A stretch of DNA of 64,000 nt from an uncultured Actinomycetes bacterium (GCA_963706005.1 CAVPLL010000010.1:162459-226458), one strand, 5' to 3'; numbered from the stretch's first letter, positions 40,299 through 50,116 are shown. The notes: a model not told the origin generated them from the letters alone. Made by a program: numbers and translations.

Positions 40299-41969
40299 AT
40301 GGTCGACCGCCCGCGCTCCCGGATGGTCACCGACGGACCCGAACGCGCTCCCGCGCGCGCGATGCTGCGAGCCGTCGGCTTCTCCGAGGAGGACTTCGGC
40401 AAGCCGCAGGTGGGCGTCGCCTCGTCGTGGAACGAGGTGACCCCGTGCAACTACCACCTCGACAAGCTGGCCGCGCTCGCCAAGGAGGGCGTGCGGCAGG
40501 GCAACGCGGTCCCACTGGAGTTCACGACGATCGCGGTCTCCGACGGGATCGCGATGGGTCACGAGGGGATGAAAGCGTCGCTCATCAGTCGTGACGTGAT
40601 CGCCGACTCGGTCGAGCTCGTCATGCACGCGGAGCGTTTCGACGCGTTGGTCGGCATCGCGGGATGCGACAAGTCCGAGCCCGGGATGCTGATGGCGATG
40701 GCCCGGCTCAACCTGCCGTCGGTGTACCTCTACGGCGGGACGATCCTCGCCGGCACCTACGGGGGCAGGGACGTCACGATCCAGGACGTGTTCGAGGCCG
40801 TGGGCGCGCACGCGAAGGGCACGATCGACGACGACGAGCTCCTCGGCATCGAGCGCGCGGCCTGTCCGACCGCCGGATCATGCGCCGGGATGTACACGGC
40901 CAACACGATGGCGGCAGCCGCCGAGGCGCTCGGCATGTCGCTGCCGGGCGCGGCGTCGCCGCCGGCCGTGGACTACCGACGTGAGGTGTTCGCCCGCGAG
41001 TCGGGCATCGGGGTGACCCAGCTGCTCCGGTCCGGCCTGCGGCCACGCGACATCTTGACCAAGGACGCGTTCACGAACGCGATCGCCGTCGTGATGGCGC
41101 TGGCCGGCTCGACGAACGCCGTCCTCCACCTGCTCGCGATCGCCCACGAGGCCGGCGTCGAGCTCGAGCTGGACGACTTCGACCGCATCAGCCGGGCCGT
41201 GCCGCACCTCGTCGATGTTCGGCCGGCCGGGAGGTTCGTGATGCAGGACCTCGATCGGGTCGGGGGCGTCCCGGTCGTCATGAAGGAGCTCCTCGACGCC
41301 GGGCTGCTGAACGGCGACGCGATGACGGTCACGGGCAAGACGATCGCCCAGAACCTCGCCGAGCTCGAGCCGCCCGCCCCCGACGGCACCGTCGTCCGGC
41401 CCTTCTCCGAACCGATCCACCCGGAGGGCGGCACGGCGATCCTGTACGGCTCGCTCGCGCCCGAAGGGTCGGTGATGAAGATCGCGGGGGCGGCGTCGCT
41501 CGAGTTCCGTGGGCGCGCTCGGCCGTTCGACTCCGAGCAGGAGGCGTTCGACGCGGTCACGAGCGGCTCGATCGTCGCGGGCGACGTCATCGTGATCCGG
41601 TACGAGGGCCCGAAGGGTTCCCCCGGGATGCCCGAGATGCTCGCGGTCACGGCAGCGGTGGCGGGCGCCGGTCTCGGCGCCGAGGTCGGGCTGATCACCG
41701 ACGGGAGGTTCAGCGGCGCCTCGAAGGGGTACAGCGTCGGTCACGTCGCGCCCGAGGCGTTCGTCGGGGGGCCGCTCGCGCTCGTCCGCGAGGGCGACGA
41801 GATCGTGATCGACGCGGCGAACCGCAGGATCGATCTCCGGGTTGACGACGCCGAGCTCGACGAGCGACGAGCTACGTGGGCGCCACCCGCACCCCGCTAC
41901 ACGAGCGGCGCCCTCGCCAAGTACGCGAAGCTCGTCGGGTCCGCATCGAAGGGCGCCGTCACCTGGTGA
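40299..41969 (+). CDS. ilvD: dihydroxy-acid dehydratase
   Basis: 556 aa. ILVD/EDD family motifs (CDKSEPGM Fe-S Cys, [18 protein letters not shown]). Confidence 0.9.
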   Translation: MVDRPRSRMVTDGPERAPARAMLRAVGFSEEDFGKPQVGVASSWNEVTPCNYHLDKLAALAKEGVRQGNAVPLEFTTIAVSDGIAMGHEGMKASLISRDVIADSVELVMHAERFDALVGIAGCDKSEPGMLMAMARLNLPSVYLYGGTILAGTYGGRDVTIQDVFEAVGAHAKGTIDDDELLGIERAACPTAGSCAGMYTANTMAAAAEALGMSLPGAASPPAVDYRREVFARESGIGVTQLLRSGLRPRDILTKDAFTNAIAVVMALAGSTNAVLHLLAIAHEAGVELELDDFDRISRAVPHLVDVRPAGRFVMQDLDRVGGVPVVMKELLDAGLLNGDAMTVTGKTIAQNLAELEPPAPDGTVVRPFSEPIHPEGGTAILYGSLAPEGSVMKIAGAASLEFRGRARPFDSEQEAFDAVTSGSIVAGDVIVIRYEGPKGSPGMPEMLAVTAAVAGAGLGAEVGLITDGRFSGASKGYSVGHVAPEAFVGGPLALVREGDEIVIDAANRRIDLRVDDAELDERRATWAPPAPRYTSGALAKYAKLVGSASKGAVTW

Positions 41970-41990
41970 CGCGAGGGGTGGTTCGGTGCC

Positions 41991-42614
41991 TCACTCCACC
42001 GGTTGGCGCAGGATCGTGCGCAGGCGTTCGGGCGCCGAGCGGCGAGGGTCGCCTAGGTAGATCTCGTGGTGGCGACCCCTGGGCCGCAATCCCGCGTCGT
42101 CGATCCCCGCGAGGAGGCGTTCGATCGACGGACGCTCGTCCGCGTAAGGCCCCACGTGCATCGTCTGGGCGCACGGTCCCTCGTCGAACGGCTCCACGCG
42201 CAGTGACGGCGCGACCGCGGGGTCGAGCTTGCCGCGCGCGGCGGCCAGGTGCTCCTCGAGCTCCGCATCCGTCGCCTCGTCGGGGAGCCCGATCATCAAC
42301 GTCCATCGCCACGTCTCGCGGTTCCCGCCGCCGAAGACCGCGTCGAGATCGACCACCCCGTCGGTGGTCCACCACAGGCCCTCGAGCGGCCCGACCTTGC
42401 CGTCGACGCCGCGTCGCTTGAGCGCGAACCTCAGCGGGTAGGCGAGGCCGTACAGGCCGGGCATCCGAGGCTCGAACGCCTCGGCTCCCGGTTGCCCCGA
42501 ACCGTCGATCATCACGAACCGGCGCTCGGGTATCGTCAGCAGCCGTATCCCGTCGCGCGGGGCGCGGATCTCGTCGAGCCGATCCTCGGGTCGTTCGAGG
42601 ACGCTCCGACTCAC
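41991..42614 (-). CDS. GyrI-like small-molecule-binding domain protein
   Basis: 207 aa. Architecture and composition typical of the GyrI-like/AraC-effector domain family. Moderate confidence. Confidence 0.5.
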   Translation of the reverse strand: MSRSVLERPEDRLDEIRAPRDGIRLLTIPERRFVMIDGSGQPGAEAFEPRMPGLYGLAYPLRFALKRRGVDGKVGPLEGLWWTTDGVVDLDAVFGGGNRETWRWTLMIGLPDEATDAELEEHLAAARGKLDPAVAPSLRVEPFDEGPCAQTMHVGPYADERPSIERLLAGIDDAGLRPRGRHHEIYLGDPRRSAPERLRTILRQPVE

Positions 42615-42624
42615 CGTCGCTCCT

Positions 42625-43140
42625 TCATCGGGGGCGAGAGCGGCCGTGGCCGTACGCCCGAACGGACGGGAGCATCGAGATCCCGATGATCGCGAAGCCC
42701 ACGGCCGCCAGGGCCGGCTGGAGCCAGATCACGTCCGGGATCACGAACAGCTCGTACACGATCCAGGCGACCAGGATCGACCCGATCGCGACCGTCCCCC
42801 ACCACGACCAGTGGAGCCCGGTGCGCCGGTCGATGCTCGCGAGCGGCCCGAAGGACCGCCGGGTCCACAGGCCCGCGATCAGGACCAGGCCGAACACGCC
42901 GTACACGAGGAACAGGAACAGCCCGGGCAGCAGGAAGTCGCTCACGGGCGTCCCCTCGAGCCACTCGAGGTCGGCCTGGAGCGCCGCGCCGGTCCGATCG
43001 GCCATCAGGCTCCACCCGCCCACGAGGCCGGCGATCGAGAGGACACCGATCAGCAGCATCAGGGGGTACAGGGCAAGGGGCCGGCCGCGCTGCACCCGGA
43101 CGACCGGGAAGTCGGTCGAGGGACTCGTCTCCAGACGCAT
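42625..43140 (-). CDS. integral membrane protein (four TM helices), function unknown
   Basis: 171 aa with four hydrophobic helices. Confidence 0.45.
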   Translation of the reverse strand: MRLETSPSTDFPVVRVQRGRPLALYPLMLLIGVLSIAGLVGGWSLMADRTGAALQADLEWLEGTPVSDFLLPGLFLFLVYGVFGLVLIAGLWTRRSFGPLASIDRRTGLHWSWWGTVAIGSILVAWIVYELFVIPDVIWLQPALAAVGFAIIGISMLPSVRAYGHGRSRPR

Positions 43141-43315
43141 GGTGCACCTCCATCGTGTGCCTGCTTCGACCGTAGGTCATCCTCGGTCGCGCGTGGGAGG
43201 CCGGTCGGGCCGGTGCACGGGGTCCGTTCGGCGCCCGAGTTGCGCCGGCCGATCTGGAGGGGACACACTCGCCCCCGGTCCGGTCGCCAGGAACCGGGGT
43301 AGGGGGCAGACAGGC

Positions 43316-44113
43316 GTGGAGCAGCCGCTCCCGGCGGAGCGTCAGCGCCGGATCCAGGAGCTCCTTCGGGAGCACCGGGTCGTCCGCGTCTCGGCCCTTT
43401 CCGAGCAGCTCGGCGTCTCCGAGGTCACCGTCCGCCGCGACCTCGAGCTGCTCGAGCGTCGCGGGATGCTCGAGCGGACCCACGGCGGCGCGGTCGCCAC
43501 CCAGTGGATGGGCGCCGAGCCGGCGTACCTCGAGGCGGCGTCCACGAACCCGGCGGAGAAGCGCCTGATCGGGGAGGCGGCCGCCCGGCTGGTCGAGCCG
43601 GGTGACGCCCTCTACCTGAACGGCGGGACGACGACGCTGCAGGTCTTCCGTCACCTCCGGGCCACGGGCCTCAAGGTCGCGACCAACCACGTCGGGATCG
43701 CGCTCGAGGCTGCCGACCGCGACGTCGAGCTCCTGCTGCTCGGCGGCCACTACCGCGCGCCGAGCAACTCGGTCGTGGGGCCGTTCGCCACCGATGCCCT
43801 CCGGCGGACGCACGCGACGAAGGCCTTCATCGGGGTGGAGGGGATCAGCGTGGGGTCGGGCCTCACCACCCCCGTCGCCGCCGAGGCCGAGATCGCGCGC
43901 GTGATGATCGAGCAGACCCGGGGGCGGGTGGTGGTGGTCGCCGACTACTCGAAGGTCGGCACTGTGGCGGACTTCGTGATCGCCCCGCTCGAGGAGGTCG
44001 ACGTCCTGGTCGTCGACGAGGGTTGTTCCGAAGCGTATCGGCAGCGTTTGACCGAAGCGGGCATCGAGGTCATCGTTGCGGCCGAACGGGCCACAGCCGC
44101 CTCCGGCGGCTGA
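43316..44113 (+). CDS. DeoR/GlpR family transcriptional regulator
   Basis: GTG start giving VEQPLPAERQRRIQELL. HTH VSALSEQLGVSEVTVRRDL. C-terminal sugar-phosphate-binding-like domain. The upstream part of the track ORF is artefact. Confidence 0.8.
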   Translation: MEQPLPAERQRRIQELLREHRVVRVSALSEQLGVSEVTVRRDLELLERRGMLERTHGGAVATQWMGAEPAYLEAASTNPAEKRLIGEAAARLVEPGDALYLNGGTTTLQVFRHLRATGLKVATNHVGIALEAADRDVELLLLGGHYRAPSNSVVGPFATDALRRTHATKAFIGVEGISVGSGLTTPVAAEAEIARVMIEQTRGRVVVVADYSKVGTVADFVIAPLEEVDVLVVDEGCSEAYRQRLTEAGIEVIVAAERATAASGG

Positions 44114-44144
44114 TCCCGATGTTCGTGGAGAAGGGGGGAACCGG

Positions 44145-45779
44145 ATGTCCACGAGTGATCAGGCGGCGAGGGACACCGCCGATCTCGAGAAGTTCGGCTA
44201 CAAGCAGGAGCTGAATCGCGGCCTAGGGACGTTCAGCTCGTTCGCGGTCGCGTTCAGCTACATCTCGCCGTCGACCGGGATCTTCACGCTGTTCGCCGTT
44301 GGGATGGCGGCGATGGGCGCCTACCTGTTCTGGGCGTGGCCGGTCGTGGCGCTGTTCCAGTTCGTCCTCGCGCTGAACTTCGCCGAGCTCTCGAGCCACT
44401 TCCCGGTCGCGGGGTCGGTGTACCAGTGGACGAAGTACCTCTCGGGTCGGACCTATGCGTGGTTCACCGGGTGGTTCTACCTGGTCGCTGGGATCCTCAC
44501 GGTGGCCTCGGTCTGCGCGACCCTGCCGCTCTCGCTTCTGCCGATGCTGAACACGATGTTCGACGCGCACTTCAACACGAACCTGGGCAGCGCGGACCAG
44601 GCGGTGGTCGCCGTCATCACCCTGGTTCTGATCACGGTGCTCAACATCTACGGCGTGAAGCTCGTCGCGATCGTGAACAACACGGGCGTGTTCTTCGAGA
44701 TCCTCGGCATGGTCGTGTTCGCGATCATCCTGGCGGTTGCCCACAACAACCAGGGCGTCGGCGTGATCTTCAGCTCGGACAAGACCGGGAACTTCCTTCA
44801 GTTCCCGGCTCCGTTCACCCTGCCGTTCTTCCTCGTCGCGATGTTCATGAGCCTGTACGTGATCTACGGGTTCGATACGGCCTCGACGCTCGCCGAGGAG
44901 ACGCGCAACCCCCGGACGGAGGCGCCGAAGGCGGTGCTCGGAGCCGTCGCCGGCGCGTTCGTGATCGGCGCGATCTTCCTGTGGGGCCTGCTGATCGCCG
45001 TCCCGAACATGGCCGACGCGGTCGCGGGGTTCGCAAGCCCGCCGGCCATCATCGACGCGGTGCTGTCGAGCACGTTGAGCGTGATCTACCTCTTCGTGGT
45101 GTCGGCCGCGATCTTCGTCTGCTGCATGTCGATCCTCACGTCGACGATCCGACTGGCGTTCGGGATGGCCCGGGACAACCAGCTGCCCTTCTCCGCGAGA
45201 CTGGCGAAGGTGAATCCGAGGCTCCACACGCCGGTCGCGGCCTGCATCGTCATCGGAGTGATGTCCGCGATCCCGTACATCCAGTTCTCCGGTCCGACCG
45301 TGATCGCCGTCGGAGCCACGGCGTCGATCTACCTGAGCTACCTGCTCGGGAACATCGCCGTGATGCGTGCCCGGATGCGCGGGTGGCCGAAGAGCAAGGC
45401 GCCGTTCTCGCTCGGGAGGTGGGGCAAGCTCGTCAACGTCGTCGCCATCCTGTGGGGGCTGGCGATGATGGTGAACTTCCTGACCCCCTCGGGGGCTGCG
45501 TCGGGGCTGGATCCCGGGACGGCTTCTGGGGCGTCGTACCTGCGGGTCTTCGCGAACCCGAAGGGGACGCAGACCGACTGGTACGTCGCGGGCGACCAGC
45601 TCGTGGACTTCAAGGTCGGGTTCCTGAACGACATCCCACTCATCTGGCTCGTGTTCGGTGTGGTGCTGATCATCGGGGTGATCTACTACTACGGGGTCCA
45701 GCGGAGGAAGCCATACGAGGTGGTGTTGGCGCCCACCGACGAAGACCTCACGGGGATCGCCTCGACGGCACCGGCGTAG
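44145..45779 (+). CDS. APC superfamily amino-acid/amine permease
   Basis: Start MSTSDQ, preceded by GAAGGGGGGAA RBS. Twelve TM helices. APC consensus FAVAFSYISPSTGIF. Confidence 0.85.
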   Translation: MSTSDQAARDTADLEKFGYKQELNRGLGTFSSFAVAFSYISPSTGIFTLFAVGMAAMGAYLFWAWPVVALFQFVLALNFAELSSHFPVAGSVYQWTKYLSGRTYAWFTGWFYLVAGILTVASVCATLPLSLLPMLNTMFDAHFNTNLGSADQAVVAVITLVLITVLNIYGVKLVAIVNNTGVFFEILGMVVFAIILAVAHNNQGVGVIFSSDKTGNFLQFPAPFTLPFFLVAMFMSLYVIYGFDTASTLAEETRNPRTEAPKAVLGAVAGAFVIGAIFLWGLLIAVPNMADAVAGFASPPAIIDAVLSSTLSVIYLFVVSAAIFVCCMSILTSTIRLAFGMARDNQLPFSARLAKVNPRLHTPVAACIVIGVMSAIPYIQFSGPTVIAVGATASIYLSYLLGNIAVMRARMRGWPKSKAPFSLGRWGKLVNVVAILWGLAMMVNFLTPSGAASGLDPGTASGASYLRVFANPKGTQTDWYVAGDQLVDFKVGFLNDIPLIWLVFGVVLIIGVIYYYGVQRRKPYEVVLAPTDEDLTGIASTAPA

Positions 45780-45791
45780 GGGCCACATCTG

Positions 45792-45818
45792 GAAGGGGCG
45801 GCCGTCGGCCGCCCCTTC
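45792..45818 (+). terminator. GC-rich perfect hairpin (13-bp stem) downstream of the permease gene
   Basis: gaaggggcggccg-t-cggccgccccttc, 13 nt after the stop codon. No U-tract, which is common in high-GC actinobacteria. Confidence 0.45.
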
Positions 45819-45827
45819 TAGAGTCTC

Positions 45828-46229
45828 GTGGCATCATCCGACGCGATGAGGATCGTCACCACCCCACGGGCGGCCGAGTACATCCGTGAGGCCGGTGGGT
45901 CTGTGTGGGTTTGGCTCGACCCGCACCGTGGGTTGGTCGGCTCGCACGTATGGCTCGAGGCGCACTGCGAACCGCCCCGATCGAGTCGCCGCACGATGTT
46001 CACCCGTGCCTCCCGTCGCCCACATCGGTTCGAGCGGATGGAGCAGGACGGGTTCGTGATCCACTACTCATTCGGGACGCTGAGCGAGCCCGAGGAGCTC
46101 CACTTCGATCGCAAGGGCTGGCGGCGCGGCACGTACAGGCTCGAGGCGTACTGGAACGGCTCCGTGTTCGTCGGCGACGATATCCCGGGCCCGGCGCATA
46201 GGTCGCAGGGGGACGAGGGCAGCGGATGA
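45828..46229 (+). CDS. small protein of unknown function, tandem paralog A (C-terminal LEAYWNGSVFV)
   Basis: 133 aa. Shares central and C-terminal motifs with the downstream 95-aa ORF. ATGA overlap. Confidence 0.45.
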   Translation: MASSDAMRIVTTPRAAEYIREAGGSVWVWLDPHRGLVGSHVWLEAHCEPPRSSRRTMFTRASRRPHRFERMEQDGFVIHYSFGTLSEPEELHFDRKGWRRGTYRLEAYWNGSVFVGDDIPGPAHRSQGDEGSG

Positions 46230-46513
46230 GCGTCAGCTCGACGGAAGAGACGGTGGCGCTCGTCCGAGAGCGGGGCGGCCGCCTCTTCGCCTGGCCGGAT
46301 CGGCAACGTTGCTGTCAGGGAGCGACGTACCTCCGCACAGCGAGCCGCCCGCCTCGGGGCAAGGCGTTCCGGCCCATCGGGGGCTCCCATGGGTTCGAGC
46401 TCTGGTTCGATCCCGCTGGCCGCAGGCCGCCCGCTGAACTCCACCTCGACGTCCGAGGGTGGCGGACGAAGCGGATCGAGGCGTACTGGAACGGCTGCGT
46501 ATTCGTCGACTAG
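46226..46513 (+). CDS. small protein of unknown function, tandem paralog B (C-terminal IEAYWNGCVFVD)
   Basis: 95 aa. Related to paralog A (GFELWFDPAGRRPPAELHLDVRGWRTKRIEAYWNG vs GFVIHYSFGTLSEPEELHFDRKGWRRGTYRLEAYWNG). Confidence 0.45.
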   Translation: MSVSSTEETVALVRERGGRLFAWPDRQRCCQGATYLRTASRPPRGKAFRPIGGSHGFELWFDPAGRRPPAELHLDVRGWRTKRIEAYWNGCVFVD

Positions 46514-48936
46514 GCCCTGATCCGTTCGCCCTTCGGGTCGTAGAGGGGTTCGTCGACGACCTTCGCACCGATCCACTCGCCGAAGACCTCGACCTCGAGC
46601 GCCGTCCCCGTGACCGCCAGGTCCACGGGCAGGTACGCGTACGCGATGCTCGCCCCGACCGTGTAACCGATCCCGCCCGAGGTCACCCGGGCGACGATCT
46701 CTCCGTCGGCCCGCACCGGCTCGTTGCCGAGCGTCGAGGAGCGCGGGTCGGCGAGCACCACGCAGGCGAGCCTTCGGCGCACGCCCTCGGCCCGCAGGCG
46801 CTCGAGCGCCTCCTTGCCGACGAAGTCCTTGCCGCGCGCCACGGCGAACCCGAGGCCCGCCTCGAGCGGTGAGTCGTCGGGCGTCACGTCCGCGCCCCAC
46901 GCCCGGTACCCCTTCTCCAGGCGCAGCGAATCGATCGCCCGGTACCCGGCCGGGACCATGCCGTGCGGGGCCCCCGCCTCCATCAGGGTGTCGAACAACG
47001 TCGTCCCGAACTCGACGGGGGCGTAGAGCTCCCATCCGAGCTCGCCGACGTAGGTCACCCGCAGGGCCAGGCACGGCGCGTGCCCGACGGTGATCTCGCG
47101 CGCGGTCATGAAGGGGAAACCGTCGTCGGACAGGTCGTCGACGGACACGGCCGTCAGGATGTCGCGTGCCCGCGGCCCCCACAGCCCGAGGCAGGCGAAC
47201 CCGGACGTGACGTCGCGGACCTCCACGCGATCGCCGCGCTCGAGCTGTCCCGTGATCCACGCGAGGTCGAGGCCGCCCGAGGCCGTCCCGGTCACGATCC
47301 GGAAGCGTTCGGGTCCAAGGCGCGTCACGGTCAGGTCGCACTGGATGCCGCCTCTGCGGTTCAGCATCTGCGTGTACACGACCCGCCCGTCGGCCACGTC
47401 GACGTCGTTCGCGCAGACGCGCTGGAGGAACGCGCACGCGTCGGGTCCCGAGACCTCGATCTTGGCGAAGCTGGTCTCGTCGAACAGCCCGGCCCGCTCG
47501 CGCGTCGCGAGGTGCTCGGCCACGATCGCGGTCGACCAGTGCTCGCCGGCCCACCCTCGAGGCTGCAGCGAGACGTGGGCGGCGTCCTCGTTCGAGCGGA
47601 ACCAGTTGGCCCGCTCCCAGCTCGCCTTCTCGCCGAACTCGGCACCGAGCGTCCCGAGCCGTGCATAGGTCGGCGAGACCCTCAGGGGACGCCCCGCCTC
47701 GTAGTCCTCGCCCGGGTACTTCACGTCGTAGTGCTTGGCGTAGATCTCGTGCGCGCGTGCGAGCGCGAACCGCCGGCTCCGGTACTGGGCGCCGAACCGA
47801 CGGACATCCATCTTGGACAGGTCCATCGAGGGCTCCCCGTCCACGATCCACTCGGCCGTGTACCGGCCGATGCCGGCGCCGCCCGTGATCCCGTGGGCGC
47901 AGAACCCCGCCGCGACGAAGAACCCGCGCACCTCGGTCTGCCCGAGGATGAAGTCGTCGTCGGGCGTGAACGCCTCGGGCCCGTTGATGAACCGGTTGAT
48001 CTCCGTGGTCCGCAGGGCCGGGATCAGGTTGAAGGCTCCCTCGGCGATGGGCTCGAACCGCTCCCACTTCTCCCGCAGGAGCCGGTGGTTGAAGTCGGGC
48101 GGGATCGGCGTGTCGACGTGCCAGGGGTCCGGGTTGCGTTCGTACCCACCGACGACGAGGCCGCCCACCTCCTCGCGGACGTAGACGAGGTTGTCGGGGT
48201 CGCGGAGCGTGGGGAACCGGGCCGTGACACCCTCGATCGGCCGCGTGATCAGGTACTGGTGCTCCATCGGCACGACCGGGATCTCGACGCCGGCCAGCCG
48301 TCCGATCTCGTGGGCCCAGATCCCGGCGGCGTTCACGACGACCTCGGCCTCGATCGTGCCGTGGTCGGTGACGACGCCGGTCACCGCCCCGTCGCGCACC
48401 GGGATCTCCAGGACGCGGACGCCGGCGCGGATCCTCGCGCCCCCGCGCTTGGCACCTTCGGCGAACGCCATCGTGAGTCCGGTGGGGTCCAGGTGTCCAT
48501 CCGTCGGGACGAACTGCGCGCCCAGCACGTTCGAGACGTCGATCAGCGGGAAGCGTTCGTGGGCCTCGGCCGAGGAGACGATCTCGACGGGGAGGCCGAA
48601 GCTCTTGGCCCAGCCGGCCTGGCGGGCGAGCGCCTCGAGCCGGTAGGGCGACGAGGCCAGGTGGAGCGTCCCCACCTGGTGCCACCCGGGGTCGACCCCG
48701 GTCTCGGCCTCGAGGGTCGGGTACAGGTCGACGCCGTACATCATCATCCGGGTGTGGCTGACGGAGTTCCGCAGCTGCGCCACGAGTCCGGCCGAATGGA
48801 ACGTGGAACCGCTCGTGAGCTCCGAACGATCGACCAGCAGGACGTCGTTCCACCCCATCTTCGTGAGGTGGTAGGCGATGCTCGCGCCCGCGACGCCGCC
48901 GCCGACGATCACCACGCGGGCCCGGTCGCCGGTCAC
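46510..48936 (-). CDS. dimethylglycine oxidase/dehydrogenase-like enzyme (DAO domain fused to GcvT folate-binding domain)
   Basis: 808 aa. VVIVGGGVAGASIAYHL FAD motif. C-terminal aminomethyltransferase domain. Size and architecture resemble Arthrobacter DMGO. Confidence 0.8.
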   Translation of the reverse strand: MTGDRARVVIVGGGVAGASIAYHLTKMGWNDVLLVDRSELTSGSTFHSAGLVAQLRNSVSHTRMMMYGVDLYPTLEAETGVDPGWHQVGTLHLASSPYRLEALARQAGWAKSFGLPVEIVSSAEAHERFPLIDVSNVLGAQFVPTDGHLDPTGLTMAFAEGAKRGGARIRAGVRVLEIPVRDGAVTGVVTDHGTIEAEVVVNAAGIWAHEIGRLAGVEIPVVPMEHQYLITRPIEGVTARFPTLRDPDNLVYVREEVGGLVVGGYERNPDPWHVDTPIPPDFNHRLLREKWERFEPIAEGAFNLIPALRTTEINRFINGPEAFTPDDDFILGQTEVRGFFVAAGFCAHGITGGAGIGRYTAEWIVDGEPSMDLSKMDVRRFGAQYRSRRFALARAHEIYAKHYDVKYPGEDYEAGRPLRVSPTYARLGTLGAEFGEKASWERANWFRSNEDAAHVSLQPRGWAGEHWSTAIVAEHLATRERAGLFDETSFAKIEVSGPDACAFLQRVCANDVDVADGRVVYTQMLNRRGGIQCDLTVTRLGPERFRIVTGTASGGLDLAWITGQLERGDRVEVRDVTSGFACLGLWGPRARDILTAVSVDDLSDDGFPFMTAREITVGHAPCLALRVTYVGELGWELYAPVEFGTTLFDTLMEAGAPHGMVPAGYRAIDSLRLEKGYRAWGADVTPDDSPLEAGLGFAVARGKDFVGKEALERLRAEGVRRRLACVVLADPRSSTLGNEPVRADGEIVARVTSGGIGYTVGASIAYAYLPVDLAVTGTALEVEVFGEWIGAKVVDEPLYDPKGERIRA

Positions 48937-48937
48937 G

Positions 48938-50008
48938 TCAGACGCCCTCGGCGGCCTGCTCCAGCCACCGCTCGAACCGTTCGTCGGCCATCGAGCGCTC
49001 GAGCCGGTCGAAGTGGCGGTCGGCGTACGCGACGTAGTCGATGTCCAGGGTCGACAGCGCCTGCTGGATCACGCCCCACATCGCTTCGCGGAAGTCGGAC
49101 ATGATCCGCATCAGCTGCAGGCGCGCGCGATGCCCGTCGGTCACCTCGCCGAACGTGAGCCGGAGCAGCGACTCCTGCGACCGCTCGGACAGGCCGTTGT
49201 TGATCGACAGGTTGCCGAGATCGAAGAAGGGATCGCCCATCCCGGAGTACTCGTAGTCGACGAGCCAGAAGCCGTCTGCTCCACGGAGGAAGTTGTCGGC
49301 GAGCAGGTCGTTGTGGCAGGGCCGCGCCGACACCGGGGCCACCGCGAGGGCCTCCTCGATGCGTTCGGCGCGATCGTGCGCCCGTTCGTACGCGGCGGGG
49401 ATCGCGACGCCCCGTTCCTCCGATACGCGCCGGTACTCCTCCACGATCCGGAACGCGTCGAACGATGCAGGGAGCCTCGGGCCGGCGTGGATCGTCGAGA
49501 CGACGCGTACGACGTCGGCCAGGACCGACTCCTGCTCCATATCGCCCTCGGCGAGCGGCTCCCCTGGGACCCATCGTGTGATGAGGCATCCGTGCTCGGG
49601 GAGATGGGCGACGACCTCGGGTCCGACCCCGGCGGCCGCGGCCGCCAGGGCCGCCTCGAACTCGGCCACGCGGTCGATCCCGAGCAGCGCGGTGTCCTTC
49701 TCGGACAGCCGGAGGAAGAACACCCCGGCGCCGATCTCGACGCGGAAGTTGCGGTTGGTCCGCCCCGCCTCGATCGGGGTGATCCTCGGATCGTGGCCCC
49801 GCCACTCGGGCACGGCCGCGATCACCGCATCGAGTTCGCGATCGAGGCTCACGGCGCGAGACCCTAGACGGGATGATCGTTTCCGGTCAAGGTTGAGCGG
49901 TTCCGAACGACTACGGCCGGGTCGGCTGACCGTTCCTGCGCGGTCACCCGTCCGACGGGTTGACACGTCGTTCGATGTCCGTACACTGGCCGAGCCATGT
50001 TCCACCAC
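48938..50008 (-). CDS. choline/ethanolamine kinase family phosphotransferase
   Basis: Brenner motif HNDLLADNF. Choline-kinase motif LVDYEYSGMGDPFFDLGN. The track GTG at 50008 overlaps the ilv leader, so the true start may be the GTG at 49852. Confidence 0.65.
   Translation of the reverse strand: MVEHGSASVRTSNDVSTRRTGDRAGTVSRPGRSRSEPLNLDRKRSSRLGSRAVSLDRELDAVIAAVPEWRGHDPRITPIEAGRTNRNFRVEIGAGVFFLRLSEKDTALLGIDRVAEFEAALAAAAAGVGPEVVAHLPEHGCLITRWVPGEPLAEGDMEQESVLADVVRVVSTIHAGPRLPASFDAFRIVEEYRRVSEERGVAIPAAYERAHDRAERIEEALAVAPVSARPCHNDLLADNFLRGADGFWLVDYEYSGMGDPFFDLGNLSINNGLSERSQESLLRLTFGEVTDGHRARLQLMRIMSDFREAMWGVIQQALSTLDIDYVAYADRHFDRLERSMADERFERWLEQAAEGV
49960..49987 (+). promoter_or_regulatory. sigma-70-like promoter (TTGACA-16-TACACT) for the ilv leader/operon
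   Basis: -35 ttgaca 49960-65. 16-nt spacer. -10 tacact 49982-87. Predicted TSS is approximately 3-6 nt before the leader ATG, giving a leaderless transcript. Confidence 0.4.
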
Positions 50009-50050
50009 CAGGAGAAGACCGGACCGCGGGCCCTCGTACTTATCGCGTAG
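49997..50050 (+). CDS. ilv-leu operon leader peptide MFHHQEKTGPRALVLIA
   Basis: 17-codon ORF ending in Leu-Val-Leu-Ile just before the stop. Located between the promoter and the attenuator hairpin upstream of ilvBNC. Confidence 0.5.
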   Translation: MFHHQEKTGPRALVLIA

Positions 50051-50090
50051 GCGCGGCCGGGCCGAGACAGGCCCGGGACCCGCGCCAGAT

Positions 50091-50116
50091 GCCCCTCGCC
50101 CAGCGAGGGGCTTTTT
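50091..50116 (+). terminator. attenuator-type intrinsic terminator (gcccctcgc-cca-gcgaggggc + TTTTTC)
   Basis: 9-bp GC stem, 3-nt loop, then T5. Sits 40 nt after the leader peptide stop. Alternative pairing is possible with the upstream GC-rich segment 50051-50090. Confidence 0.55.

Noticed and set aside
41970-41990. Bidirectional terminator between convergent ilvD and the GyrI-like gene
   Set aside because: Only a weak ggtgg/ccacc stem with a long loop. The sequence support is too weak to call.
46064-49104. 929-aa minus and 713-aa plus ORFs overlapping the DMGO gene
   Set aside because: Other frames of the same GC-rich gene. DMGO motifs occur only in frame 46510..48936.
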